The notes: generated by a model from the letters alone, not told the origin. A stretch of DNA of 64,000 nucleotides from Candidatus Falkowbacteria bacterium (GCA_026396805.1 JAPLVZ010000016.1:8122-72121), one strand, 5' to 3'; counted from the stretch's first letter, positions 15,083-24,364 are shown. Numbers and translations: made by a program.

Positions 15083-15496
15083 ATGGAAAAAGAAAAAAAT
15101 TTAACAATTAAAATCTTGCTCTGCCTGCAAGCTATTTTCTTAACGATTAAAAAAATATTCTCGCTGCAAGTCGTTGCCTTAACGGTAATGTTTGGCATCT
15201 GCTTACTGGCCGGTATACTCCAGGGTCTGGTGGGAAATGTCGTTATCTCCTTATTTTACGGAGTATACGCCCGATGTGTCCTCTTCGATAAAAAAGGGAC
15301 AGTCCTTAAAAAAAGACTGCAGTTCTTTTCTTTCCTGGTCGTTCTGGAAGCGGCGACTTGGTTATGCTTAACGGTATTCTCCGCCGATGCCGAACTTTTC
15401 GGTTCGACCTTTATCATTATCGGCCTAATCGTTAGCACTATCTGCTTCCTTATCGGCTGGATTTTTGATAAATTTATGGATTGGTGTTGGGGATGA
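15083..15496 (+). CDS. small 4-TM membrane protein, paralog A (unknown family)
   Basis: 137 aa. Clear paralogy to the next gene: GLVGNVVISL...KKG...FFSFLVVLEAATWLCL...IIIGL...GWI. Confidence 0.7.
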   Translation: MEKEKNLTIKILLCLQAIFLTIKKIFSLQVVALTVMFGICLLAGILQGLVGNVVISLFYGVYARCVLFDKKGTVLKKRLQFFSFLVVLEAATWLCLTVFSADAELFGSTFIIIGLIVSTICFLIGWIFDKFMDWCWG

Positions 15497-15527
15497 TAGT
15501 AACCATTAAAAAAAATAACTTTAAGTC

Positions 15528-15890
15528 ATGGAAAAAGTAAGAATAAAAAAACAAGTAATCAAGAAGTACGCCATTATTTTAGCGATAATGTTCATCGTCA
15601 GTTTGCTGTTTAGCGTGCTCTTGGGTCTGATAGGAAACACCGTTATTTCCTTAATTTGCGGAATAGTTGCCAGCCATATCGCCAGCAATGAAAAAGGTAC
15701 GGCCTCTAAAAAAATACTGCCGCTCTTTTCCTTTCTGGCCGTTCTTGAAGCGGCAACTTTCTTATGCCTATGGGTATTTCCCTTAGGCGCCGGGTCCTTT
15801 GACTCGACTCTGGTCATCATCGGCCTATCCTTTAGTACATTTCTGTTCATTACCGGCTGGATTATCGGGGAAACTTGGCCATTTTCTTAA
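15528..15890 (+). CDS. small 4-TM membrane protein, paralog B (unknown family)
   Basis: 120 aa: GLIGNTVISL...EKG...LFSFLAVLEAATFLCL...VIIGL...GWI. Confidence 0.7.
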   Translation: MEKVRIKKQVIKKYAIILAIMFIVSLLFSVLLGLIGNTVISLICGIVASHIASNEKGTASKKILPLFSFLAVLEAATFLCLWVFPLGAGSFDSTLVIIGLSFSTFLFITGWIIGETWPFS

Positions 15891-15924
15891 AGGGGGTCGA
15901 AGTTTCTTAGGTTCTTTATAATTT

Positions 15925-15958
15925 AAAAGGCCACCCATTAATAAGGCGGCCTTTTCTA
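15925..15958. terminator. bidirectional terminator between paralog B (+) and nifS (-)
   Basis: AAGGCCACC / GGCGGCCTT form a 9-bp stem with one mismatch, flanked by an A-run and a T-run. Confidence 0.6.
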
Positions 15959-15975
15959 TTTTGGCTAGCCATAAA

Positions 15976-17130
15976 TTACGCGACCGGAGAAAAGCTTCTT
16001 AGGCGCTTAACAGTTTCTTTCAAACACTTAATCGTATAATCTATTTCCGCCGGCGTGTTAAAGCGCCCGAACGAAAAACGGATATTACTGTTTAAGAAGT
16101 TCTTGTCCAGACCAATAGCTCGCAAGACATAAGAAGCTTTTAAGTTAGTCGCCGAACAAGCCGAACCCGTGGAAACATGGATGCCCTTGAAAGATAAATC
16201 TATTAGGATCGCTTCACCTTCAATATAGCCGAACATAATATTTAAATTGGCCGGCACGCGCTTAGTTCTACTGCCGTTTAATTTTACTTCGGGAATGGCT
16301 TTTTTAAGACTTTTCCAAAAATGATCGCGCAGGGCGGTCACTTTTTTTAAATAAGCGCTTCTTTCCCTATAAGCCAGTTCCAAAGCGACCGCCAAACCGA
16401 TGATGCCTGGGATATTATAAGTGCCGGAACGATAGCCGTCTTCTTGCCCGCCGCCGACGATGAGCGGACGGATTTTTATTTGGCGATTTATATAAGCCAG
16501 CCCGACGCCTTTGGGACCGTAGAATTTATGAGCCGATAAAGTCAGAAAATCTAAACCCATTTTCTTAACGTCCAGTTTTAGATACGGAACGGCCTGAACC
16601 GCGTCGCTATGGAAATAAGCGCCGCGGCTATGCGCGATTTTAGCCAGGGCGACAATATCGGCGACTGTGCCGATTTCATTATTGACCGCCATGACGGAAA
16701 CTAAGATAGTGGTGTCGTCAATTAATTTTTGGAGAGCCGCGGGAGTAATCAGACCGTCGGAATTGGCCGGAATGAATTCTATTTTAAAACCTTCTTTTTC
16801 CAATTCCAAAGCCGATTCGCGCACGCAGGGATGCTCGATCGAGGAAATAATAATTTTATTTTTCTTAGGGCTGCGGTTCGCCCGCGCCACGCCTTTGATG
16901 ATAAAATTATTGGCTTCGGTCGCGCTCGCGGTAAAAATAATGCCTTCCGCTTCCCCGCCGATAAGTTTAGCCACGGTCTGACGCGCCCTGGTCAAATCTA
17001 AAAAAGCCTGTTGCCCCGGCCGGTGGATGGAAGAAGCATTGGCGTATTTAGTCGTCAGATACGGCCTCATTTTGGCCAAGACCCGAGGATCCAGGCGAGT
17101 CGTGGCGGCGTTATCCAAATATACTTGCAT
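15976..17130 (-). CDS. nifS: cysteine desulfurase (NifS/IscS class)
   Basis: YLDNAATT..., the PLP lysine in SAHKFYGPKG, and the active-site loop STGSACS. Confidence 0.93.
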   Translation of the reverse strand: MQVYLDNAATTRLDPRVLAKMRPYLTTKYANASSIHRPGQQAFLDLTRARQTVAKLIGGEAEGIIFTASATEANNFIIKGVARANRSPKKNKIIISSIEHPCVRESALELEKEGFKIEFIPANSDGLITPAALQKLIDDTTILVSVMAVNNEIGTVADIVALAKIAHSRGAYFHSDAVQAVPYLKLDVKKMGLDFLTLSAHKFYGPKGVGLAYINRQIKIRPLIVGGGQEDGYRSGTYNIPGIIGLAVALELAYRERSAYLKKVTALRDHFWKSLKKAIPEVKLNGSRTKRVPANLNIMFGYIEGEAILIDLSFKGIHVSTGSACSATNLKASYVLRAIGLDKNFLNSNIRFSFGRFNTPAEIDYTIKCLKETVKRLRSFSPVA

Positions 17131-17145
17131 ATTAATAATTTATCT

Positions 17146-17946
17146 TTATTTTAACAGCTCAATAGAACTGATAACCACATCCTTGGCCGGACGATCGGAA
17201 GTGACGGTTTCGACCGCTTCAATTTTTTTGACTACATCCATTCCGGCCACGACTTCGCCGAAATTAGTATGAATGCCGTCCAGCCATGAAGTGGCGGGGG
17301 CGGTGACGATAAAGAATTGCGAGCCGTTCGTATTACTGCCGGAATTGGCCATCGCCAAACTGCCGGCCACCAGTTTATGAGCATTAATTTCATCATTGAA
17401 CTTATAGCCCGGCCCTCCGGTTCCCCAAACAGATAAATCCGCGCCCCGGCTTAAAGGATCGCCGCCTTGAATCATAAAATCTTTGATGACGCGATGGAAT
17501 TTCGTCCCGTTATAAAAGTCTTTTTTGGCGAGATTTAAAAAATTATTGACGGTTATCGGAGAATCGGCGCCATAAAGCTTGACGGTGATGTTGCTGTAAT
17601 TAGTTTTGATTAAGGCCTGGGAATATTGCGCGAACAGATCTTCTTGGCCGTCTAAAGTTTTCATAGGAGTATTATTTACAACCGGCGCCGCTACTTCCCC
17701 GCTTTGTTTCGGGATAATGACGGGATTTACCGGTGCGGACGCGTCAATGACGCTCGTATCGGGCGTCACAATCGCGTTCGCTGAATTATTAATATTAACA
17801 TCGTTAGTGTCCGCCGTGTCCGTCATGTCCGCCGGGATATCGGCGCTATTAGCGCAGGCGGAAACGCTCACCGCGACGATAAATAGCGCGACGGCGAATA
17901 AGATTTTTTTGGAGCTTCTCGAGCTGGGGTTGATTGCGTTCTTCAT
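17146..17946 (-). CDS. secreted/lipoprotein cyclophilin-type peptidyl-prolyl isomerase
   Basis: Lipobox-like VSVSAC. Core motifs FHRVIKDFMIQGGDP...MANSGSNTNGSQFFI. Confidence 0.9.
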   Translation of the reverse strand: MKNAINPSSRSSKKILFAVALFIVAVSVSACANSADIPADMTDTADTNDVNINNSANAIVTPDTSVIDASAPVNPVIIPKQSGEVAAPVVNNTPMKTLDGQEDLFAQYSQALIKTNYSNITVKLYGADSPITVNNFLNLAKKDFYNGTKFHRVIKDFMIQGGDPLSRGADLSVWGTGGPGYKFNDEINAHKLVAGSLAMANSGSNTNGSQFFIVTAPATSWLDGIHTNFGEVVAGMDVVKKIEAVETVTSDRPAKDVVISSIELLK

Positions 17947-17999
17947 AAAAAATATTTTAAAAATTAATTACTTCGGGCAAATCCCGAAAAATATTTTAA

Positions 18000-19457
18000 T
18001 TAAACTTTATAATGTTTCTTGATTTCCTTGTCCTCTTCCTGGCGCTTTTCCTCGATTACTTCTTTGGCGCGGCTTCGCAATTCTTCCAAATCCAAAGCGG
18101 CTAATTTTTGAGCTTGTTTTTTTAAATCAACGGCCGTATTTAATTCCGGATTTTCCAGAACTTCCCCTAATAATACGTCTAAAATCGCGCCAATCTTTGG
18201 TCCGGGCGGAACATTTAGGATACGCATCAGGTCGTCGCCGTTAATTTTCAGCATCTTGACCGAAACCGGATCGTTCTGGACTTTCTCCAGCATATACTCC
18301 AAATGGCGTAATTTATAAGGCATAGCCTTGGGTGTACCGGAACCGAGGCGGTCGGCGACGCGCAAAGCGATCAAGTCTTTTAAATTATCGCGGCCGACTT
18401 TAACAATCAGGCGGCGGACGGAAGCGGCGGTCACCTCACCGACATTATAATAAAACATGTGATTTTTGACCAGATTAACGACCCGCGTCTTATCGAAGGC
18501 GGAAAATTTAAGACGATTCATTATTTTTTCCACCATTTTCGCGCCCAGATATTCATGATTATAAAAAGTGGCGATACCTTTGATTATTTTCCGGGTTTTC
18601 GGCTTGGCGATATCATGGAATAAAGCGGCCAAGCGTACCGGCCATTCCCGGCTCGGGCAATGTTTCAAAGATAAAATATTATGAACAAAGACGGAATTAG
18701 TATGATGGCGATCCTGTTTGACGTCGACGCCTTGTTCCAACTCCGGCAGAATATATTGCAAGAGTTTGCAATCTTGGAGAAGCATCATCCCGTCCGCCGG
18801 ACGGTCGGACGCCAGTATTTTGATAAGTTCGTCGCGAATTCTCTCGCCGGAAACGAATTTTAAACTGCCGGCCAGTTTTATTATTCCGCGTTGAGTTTTC
18901 GGTTCCAATTCAAAGCCGAGCTGGACGCTGAAGCGGACGGCGCGCATCATTCGCAAGGCGTCTTCCTTAAAACGATCGCTCGGTTCGCCGACGGCGCGGA
19001 TTATTTTTTTGGCGATGTCTTTCTCGCCGCCGAACAAATCGATTATCTTATCCGGTTCGAGGGGATTAAGCACCAGCGCGTTAATAGTAAAGTCGCGGCG
19101 CTCCAAATCTTTAGCCAATTCTTTTTCAAAACGGACGGTATCGGGATGACGGCGGTCGGAATAACCTTGCTCGCTGCGATAAGTCGTGATTTCCACGACG
19201 TTTTCTAACTTGCCCTTTGTCTCGCCTTCTTTTGGTTCGGTTCTAATCGGTAAAAGCACCGTGCCATATACATTTTCATATTTCGCGTCTTTAAAAACTT
19301 TTAAAATCGCCTCCGGCAAAGCGTTCGTCGTAATGTCCCAATCTTTCGGCTCTTTATCCATTAAAAGATCGCGGACGCAGCCGCCCACAATATAAGCCTC
19401 ATAGCCCGAGGCCTGCAAAGCTTTAACGATATTTTTGATGTAAGCGGGGATTTTCAT
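18000..19457 (-). CDS. cca: CCA-adding tRNA nucleotidyltransferase with HD domain
   Basis: YIVGGCVRDLLMDKEPKDWDITT is the pol-beta NTase head. LFHDIAKP is the HD motif. Confidence 0.85.
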   Translation of the reverse strand: MKIPAYIKNIVKALQASGYEAYIVGGCVRDLLMDKEPKDWDITTNALPEAILKVFKDAKYENVYGTVLLPIRTEPKEGETKGKLENVVEITTYRSEQGYSDRRHPDTVRFEKELAKDLERRDFTINALVLNPLEPDKIIDLFGGEKDIAKKIIRAVGEPSDRFKEDALRMMRAVRFSVQLGFELEPKTQRGIIKLAGSLKFVSGERIRDELIKILASDRPADGMMLLQDCKLLQYILPELEQGVDVKQDRHHTNSVFVHNILSLKHCPSREWPVRLAALFHDIAKPKTRKIIKGIATFYNHEYLGAKMVEKIMNRLKFSAFDKTRVVNLVKNHMFYYNVGEVTAASVRRLIVKVGRDNLKDLIALRVADRLGSGTPKAMPYKLRHLEYMLEKVQNDPVSVKMLKINGDDLMRILNVPPGPKIGAILDVLLGEVLENPELNTAVDLKKQAQKLAALDLEELRSRAKEVIEEKRQEEDKEIKKHYKV

Positions 19458-20033
19458 TTATTTAAAAAATTTTAAAAACTTTAAAATAATCCAGGCGATC
19501 AAACCGCCGGCAACAGCCGTGGCCAGTTGCGACCAGCCCAGCATTTTCACGACCAGCGGCATAATCGGAGTTTGAATAAAAAGGGTCGCTAATATATTAA
19601 CACTAAAAAATAAAAAAACAAATTTTAGAACCGCGCCGCTTAAAACGCCTGACCAGTAGCCGTTAAAATCCGTCCGGCTCCGCTTATAAAACCAGTTTAT
19701 CGTCGCGACAAAAATAATATTACTCGCCATGATAAAAGGCAGGGCCGGCGCCAGCACGGCCGGCAATAAGCCGCCGCTTAGCGCCATCAAGCTCGGCAAG
19801 CAGGCGACTAGAAACGCGCTTCTTAAGCCGCATAACAATAAAACCAGAATTAAAATGGCGTTAACTATCGGCCCGGTCAGCCAGGGTAAATGAATAAAAA
19901 ACGGCAGGAAGACGGCGACGGCGCTTAACCCCAAAAATCGCGCCAGCCAGTGGGCGTCTATTTTTTCTAGAGTATCAGCACGCGTTAAAATCGTCTCGTC
20001 GGTAAAATTATCTTTGGCTTCAAAATAAGTCAT
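19458..20033 (-). CDS. multi-pass membrane protein of unknown function (possibly ECF S-component-like)
   Basis: 191 aa with 5-6 TM helices. It overlaps the hydA stop by 4 nt and abuts the cca start. The family call is weak. Confidence 0.55.
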   Translation of the reverse strand: MTYFEAKDNFTDETILTRADTLEKIDAHWLARFLGLSAVAVFLPFFIHLPWLTGPIVNAILILVLLLCGLRSAFLVACLPSLMALSGGLLPAVLAPALPFIMASNIIFVATINWFYKRSRTDFNGYWSGVLSGAVLKFVFLFFSVNILATLFIQTPIMPLVVKMLGWSQLATAVAGGLIAWIILKFLKFFK

Positions 20034-21742
20034 AGCTGGGCCTTTTTAAATTTTGTCCGCAAAACCTTAGCGCTTAAACCTTGTTTTTTCGCCCAATCAT
20101 AATATTCAACCATCGCCTTATTTTCGTGCGCTCGTCTGACCGTTCGGCTCTTATCGATATTATACAAACCCTCCAAACGTTTTTTCCGAATCGCATCCGT
20201 CGTCGGAATTGGCTGGCCGCCGCCGCCGAGGCATCCGCCCGGGCAAGCCATCACTTCTATATAATGGTATTTTTTGAGTTTTGGCAAAACACGATGAAAA
20301 TTACCGATGCCATTTACGACGCCGACTTTTAACTTGCGTCCGGCGATATCGACGGTCGCTTCTTTGAAACCGGCCAAACCGCGGACATCTTTAAATTCCA
20401 AACGTTCGGTGCAAACCAGGCTGGCTTTGCCGAAGTCTTTTTTATCGTCGCAAGCGAAAACCGCCGCGCTCCGAAGAGCCGATTCCATCACGCCGCCACT
20501 CGCGCCGTAAATAGCCGCCGCGCCGCTGCCGCGATTAAAAAGTTTATCGCCGTCAGACGGCGTTAATTTTTTAAAATCAATATCATGTTTCTTGATGAGA
20601 TAAGCCAGCTCCCTGGTCGTCAAGACATAGTCAACGAGCGGCCGGCCGTTTAAGCTCAATTCGCCGCGAGCCGCTTCATATTTTTTGGCGGTGCAAGGCA
20701 CAATGGAGACGACGGTAATTTTACGCGGATCAATCCGATTCTTTTGCGCCCAATAAGTTTTTAAAGCGCCGGCCGAATGAATGTGCGGGGAGCGCGCCGT
20801 CGTTAAGTTCGGCAACAGTTCCGGATGATAAAACTCGGCGTAAGCGACCCAAGCCGGACAACAGGAAGTGAACATCGGCCAAACCGCTTTCTTGGCGCGT
20901 AAACGTTCCATTAATTCTTCCGCCTCGGTCATCGTCGTGATATCGGCGCCGAAATTAATATCAATGACATTATTAAAACCCAACTTTTTTAAAGCCGTAT
21001 AAATCAGACCTTCGCAATTAGTACCGGCGGGCAAGTCGAATTCTTCGCCAATACTGACGCGCACCGCCGGCGCGAACTGGGCAATCACTATTTTCTGTTT
21101 ATCTTGAAGCGCCTTTTCTACCGCCGGCCAAGCGCTCTGTTCCTGAGCGGAGGCGGACGGGCAATGCGCCGCGCATTGGCCGCAATAAATGCAAGCCTTC
21201 TCCTTATCTTTAACCGGGACGATTTCTTGCGCGGCTCCGGCACCGGCCATCTTTAAATAATCTATCCCCTGGTTATGGCAAGCGGTCACGCAATTATCGC
21301 AATCAAGGCATTGTTCGCCGTCAATTTCTACCGCGCCCGCGAAACGATAAGTTTTGCGTCCCGATTTCCGCGGCGCCAAACGGTCGGATTTTATCCTGTA
21401 AACCCGCTCCAATCTTAATAATTCGCAATCGGGAAAAGCCAGGCAATCGGCGCATTTTTTGGTATGTTCGGACAAGATCAATTCCAAATTAATGGTCCGC
21501 GCTCTTTTTACCCGCGGACTGTCCGTCAATATTTCCATCCCGTCTTCAACCTCGGTCGAACAAGCGGTCATAAGCTTAGCGCGGCCGGCTATTTCCACGA
21601 CACAGACGCGGCAGTTCGCTTTCACTTCTAAATCCGGATGATAACACAAAGACGGAAGCTTGATTCCGCTCGCGCGCGCGACTTCCAAAATCGTCTGACC
21701 GGTCTGAACCGCGACAATTCTGTTGTTTATTTTCAGAGTCAT
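20030..21742 (-). CDS. hydA: [FeFe] hydrogenase catalytic subunit, CpI-like (M3) architecture
   Basis: H-cluster motifs are FTSCCPAW, VPCTAKKYE and EVMACPGGCLGGGGQP. The N-terminus has a 2Fe-2S domain, a His-ligated cluster (HTKKCADC...C) and two CxxCxxCxxxCP ferredoxin motifs. Confidence 0.92.
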   Translation of the reverse strand: MTLKINNRIVAVQTGQTILEVARASGIKLPSLCYHPDLEVKANCRVCVVEIAGRAKLMTACSTEVEDGMEILTDSPRVKRARTINLELILSEHTKKCADCLAFPDCELLRLERVYRIKSDRLAPRKSGRKTYRFAGAVEIDGEQCLDCDNCVTACHNQGIDYLKMAGAGAAQEIVPVKDKEKACIYCGQCAAHCPSASAQEQSAWPAVEKALQDKQKIVIAQFAPAVRVSIGEEFDLPAGTNCEGLIYTALKKLGFNNVIDINFGADITTMTEAEELMERLRAKKAVWPMFTSCCPAWVAYAEFYHPELLPNLTTARSPHIHSAGALKTYWAQKNRIDPRKITVVSIVPCTAKKYEAARGELSLNGRPLVDYVLTTRELAYLIKKHDIDFKKLTPSDGDKLFNRGSGAAAIYGASGGVMESALRSAAVFACDDKKDFGKASLVCTERLEFKDVRGLAGFKEATVDIAGRKLKVGVVNGIGNFHRVLPKLKKYHYIEVMACPGGCLGGGGQPIPTTDAIRKKRLEGLYNIDKSRTVRRAHENKAMVEYYDWAKKQGLSAKVLRTKFKKAQL

Positions 21743-22481
21743 TATTTTTTTATTTTTACCAATTCCGTATAAACATTATAGGTGTAGATCAAAACTATCG
21801 GACCGATCAAGAAACTGATAACTTGGACGATACCGGTCCATAAGGAAACGAATAAACTGTTAGCGTTTACAAGGGACATTGAAGGAATAGAAATTATTAT
21901 GGAAAAAAACCAAACGATGACGCCGATAAAAAGGAAGCGCCCGAACACCGGCCAGAAATAACCGGTGACCAGCTGGACACTGCGGCGGATGGCGGCCAGG
22001 CCCCTCTTATCTTCAAAAAATAAAGCGTAGCAAGCGAAGCTGTACAAAACGGAATAGATAATGCCGGGAACGATCAATAATAAAGTCCAGAGAAGCACAA
22101 AAATAGCCGTCAGAACGACCAGTCCGACATAAGGCCAAAAAACTTGCGAGTCTCGGCGAAAATCTTTTTTTCGCCGCCCGCGTAATCATTCTTGACGAGC
22201 AAGAAGATGCCAAGATAAGCGCGAATTAAAAAATATAAGGCGGCTAAAAATCCTAAAACGGCGATGGTGACGGTCGCGATTCTAAAGCCGAGGCCGAGGC
22301 TGTCGCCCCACCAATAATTAACGCCGAGTAAAATGGCGATGACCGCCATCGGGGTAAGAGCGTAAAGCAAGCCCCACAGATAAACATAGACTATCTTTTT
22401 TAAATTCTGCCACCAAGTTTTGAGCGCGATTTCAAAAATATCGAAAACCGGCGTCAACTTAATCTTTTTTTCTTTGTCCAT
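21742..22481 (-). pseudogene. membrane protein (~246 aa if repaired) split by a 1-nt frameshift in an A6/T6 homopolymer; a true pseudogene, an assembly error or slippage
   Basis: Track ORFs 22110..22481 and 21742..22098 are two halves of one gene. Adding one T to the run at 22137-22142 reads ...ETRKFFWPYVGLVVLTAIFVLLWTLLLIVPGIIY, a continuous TM helix. Confidence 0.7.
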
Positions 22482-22509
22482 AAAATTAAAATTATTTTTA
22501 CTGTTTAAA

Positions 22510-23535
22510 TTATTTTTTTACTATATTATTAAAATAGCTTTTGAGCGGCAGCGGCAGCGAGGAACCAAGTCCGCAGAAACTGGTTTCTTCTAGGGCGAAA
22601 ACTATTTCCCAGAATAATTTATGATCCAGCTCCGGTTTATTTATCATTTCCCATAAGCGATAAGTGCCTTCACGGCAAGGAACGCATTGGCCGCAACTTT
22701 GGTCGTGATAAAATTTTAGCCAATATTTAAGTAATTTTCTCCTATTTGTCTTCTCCAAATCATAAACCATGATAGAACCGACACCGGAGACCGGCTGCTC
22801 GAGCTGAAGCGAATTAAAGACTTCCCCACTCGCTTCGCCGCCGGTCTGGACAAAAAACGGCGAGCGCGGATAATTACCGGTCTGCCGCAAAACTTCCTCA
22901 ATAGTTAAATTAATCGGCAATTTATAGACGCCGGGACGCTTGACCGCGCCGCTCACCGTATAAAAACGATCTTCTTCATATTTACCGCCCGCAACCCGAC
23001 CGACATTATAAAAAGTTTCCGTATTATTAATGAGAGTCGGATGATTATGAAGGCCGCTCATCGTCGGGTAAGGCGGCTTCAGGCGCGGTTGGATTTTCTT
23101 CCCTTCAATTAGGTTTAACAGCGCCGTTTCTTCGCCGCCGATATAAGTCAAATCCGGCGGTTTCAGAAAAAATTCCAGCTTGGCGCCGAGAGCGCGATAT
23201 TTTTTAGCCGTCAAGACTTTTTTCAAACCAGCGGCATATTTCTGATAATATTCAGGCTTAAGAAAAAAATAAATCCGTTTTATTTTAACCGAGCCTAAGA
23301 ATTGATCGGCCAGATAAACGCCAGCTAACACTTCCTCCGGATAGTTCGCGATAATATAACCGTCTTTCTTGACTCCGGGTTCACCTTCGGCGCCGTTAAC
23401 GATAATATAGCCTAGTTTTTTAGTTTTTAAAGCGTCAGACACCGCCGCCCATTTCTGGGCGGTCGGAAACGAAGCGCCGCCGCGGCCGACCAGACCGGCG
23501 TCGGCGATCTTTTTTAGGATATCTATTTTAAGCAT
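22510..23535 (-). CDS. NuoF-like NAD(P)H-binding flavoprotein (minimal HydB-like hydrogenase partner)
   Basis: GRGGASFPTAQKW, NGAEGEPG, GGEETALLNLIEG, an SLBB region, and an N3-type cluster SCGQCVPCREG...C. Confidence 0.88.
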   Translation of the reverse strand: MLKIDILKKIADAGLVGRGGASFPTAQKWAAVSDALKTKKLGYIIVNGAEGEPGVKKDGYIIANYPEEVLAGVYLADQFLGSVKIKRIYFFLKPEYYQKYAAGLKKVLTAKKYRALGAKLEFFLKPPDLTYIGGEETALLNLIEGKKIQPRLKPPYPTMSGLHNHPTLINNTETFYNVGRVAGGKYEEDRFYTVSGAVKRPGVYKLPINLTIEEVLRQTGNYPRSPFFVQTGGEASGEVFNSLQLEQPVSGVGSIMVYDLEKTNRRKLLKYWLKFYHDQSCGQCVPCREGTYRLWEMINKPELDHKLFWEIVFALEETSFCGLGSSLPLPLKSYFNNIVKK

Positions 23536-23553
23536 CAGTTTATTTATAGCGCG

Positions 23554-23643
23554 TTATCTCTTTTATCTCTTTAGCTTATTATCTAATCGTTTCAGCTTTA
23601 TCTCGCCGCCCGGTTCATCCGACTTTAATTTTTTATCTCGCCG
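23554..23643. promoter_or_regulatory. array of five TTATCT[C/A] motifs (GAGATAA on the coding strand), including a 12-nt exact repeat, upstream of the hydrogenase operon
   Basis: Copies lie at 23554, 23563, 23579, 23598 and 23633. TTTATCTCGCCG occurs at 23597-23608 and again at 23632-23643. Confidence 0.4.
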
Positions 23644-24364
23644 TCCAACCGCCATCGACATAGATAACGGTTCCGGTTACATATTTGGCGTCGTCGCTCG
23701 CCAGATATAAGGCGGCTTGGGCGATATCATCCGGTTCGCCGACACGACCTAAGGGCGTGTTGGTTTTGATCATGTTATTGAAATTCTCATCAGCCAAAAC
23801 AGCTTTGGTCATATTCGTGGCGATAAATCCGGGAGCGATGGCGTTTACTCTTATTCCCAAGGGCGCCAAATCCAAAGCCGCGGCATGAGTTAATTGGACA
23901 ACTCCGCCTTTGGTCGCGCTATAAGCGGCGGCGCCAGGAAAGCCGACAGAACCGAGGATGGAGCTCATGTTAATGATATTGCCTTTTATTCCCGCCGCCT
24001 TCATGGCGTTTCCGGCCGCGCGCGCGCCGTAGAAAACGCCGAATAAATTAATCCGCAAAGTTTTTTCCCAATCCGCGTCCGTCGTGTCCAAAATTCCGCC
24101 CAGAGACCCGATACCGGCGTTACTTACCATAATATCCAAGCGCCCGAATTTCTCCACCGCCGCCTTCACGAGCGCGTCCACTTCAAGCGAGTCAGCGACA
24201 TCGCATTTCACGAATACCGCTTTAGCCGGATCTAATTTAAAGTTCGGAACGTTCACGTCCGAATAAACGACTTTCGCGCCTTCGGCCACGAAGAGATTGG
24301 CGATGGCTAAGCCGATGCCGCTCCCGGCGCCGGTGACGACAGCGACTTTATTTTCAAGTTTCAT
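23633..24364 (-). CDS. short-chain dehydrogenase/reductase (FabG-like)
   Basis: VTGAGSGIG, NAG, and S...YSATK catalytic residues. The start is moved to ATG 24364 because the track start at 24388 is TTG. Confidence 0.9.
   Translation of the reverse strand: MKLENKVAVVTGAGSGIGLAIANLFVAEGAKVVYSDVNVPNFKLDPAKAVFVKCDVADSLEVDALVKAAVEKFGRLDIMVSNAGIGSLGGILDTTDADWEKTLRINLFGVFYGARAAGNAMKAAGIKGNIINMSSILGSVGFPGAAAYSATKGGVVQLTHAAALDLAPLGIRVNAIAPGFIATNMTKAVLADENFNNMIKTNTPLGRVGEPDDIAQAALYLASDDAKYVTGTVIYVDGGWTAR

Noticed and set aside
22130-22150. Programmed -1 ribosomal frameshift at U UUU UUG in the hydrogenase-operon membrane gene
   Set aside because: It is not excluded. However, the heptamer is imperfect (G precedes the U-run), I see no downstream stimulatory hairpin or pseudoknot, and a homopolymer indel explains the data more simply.
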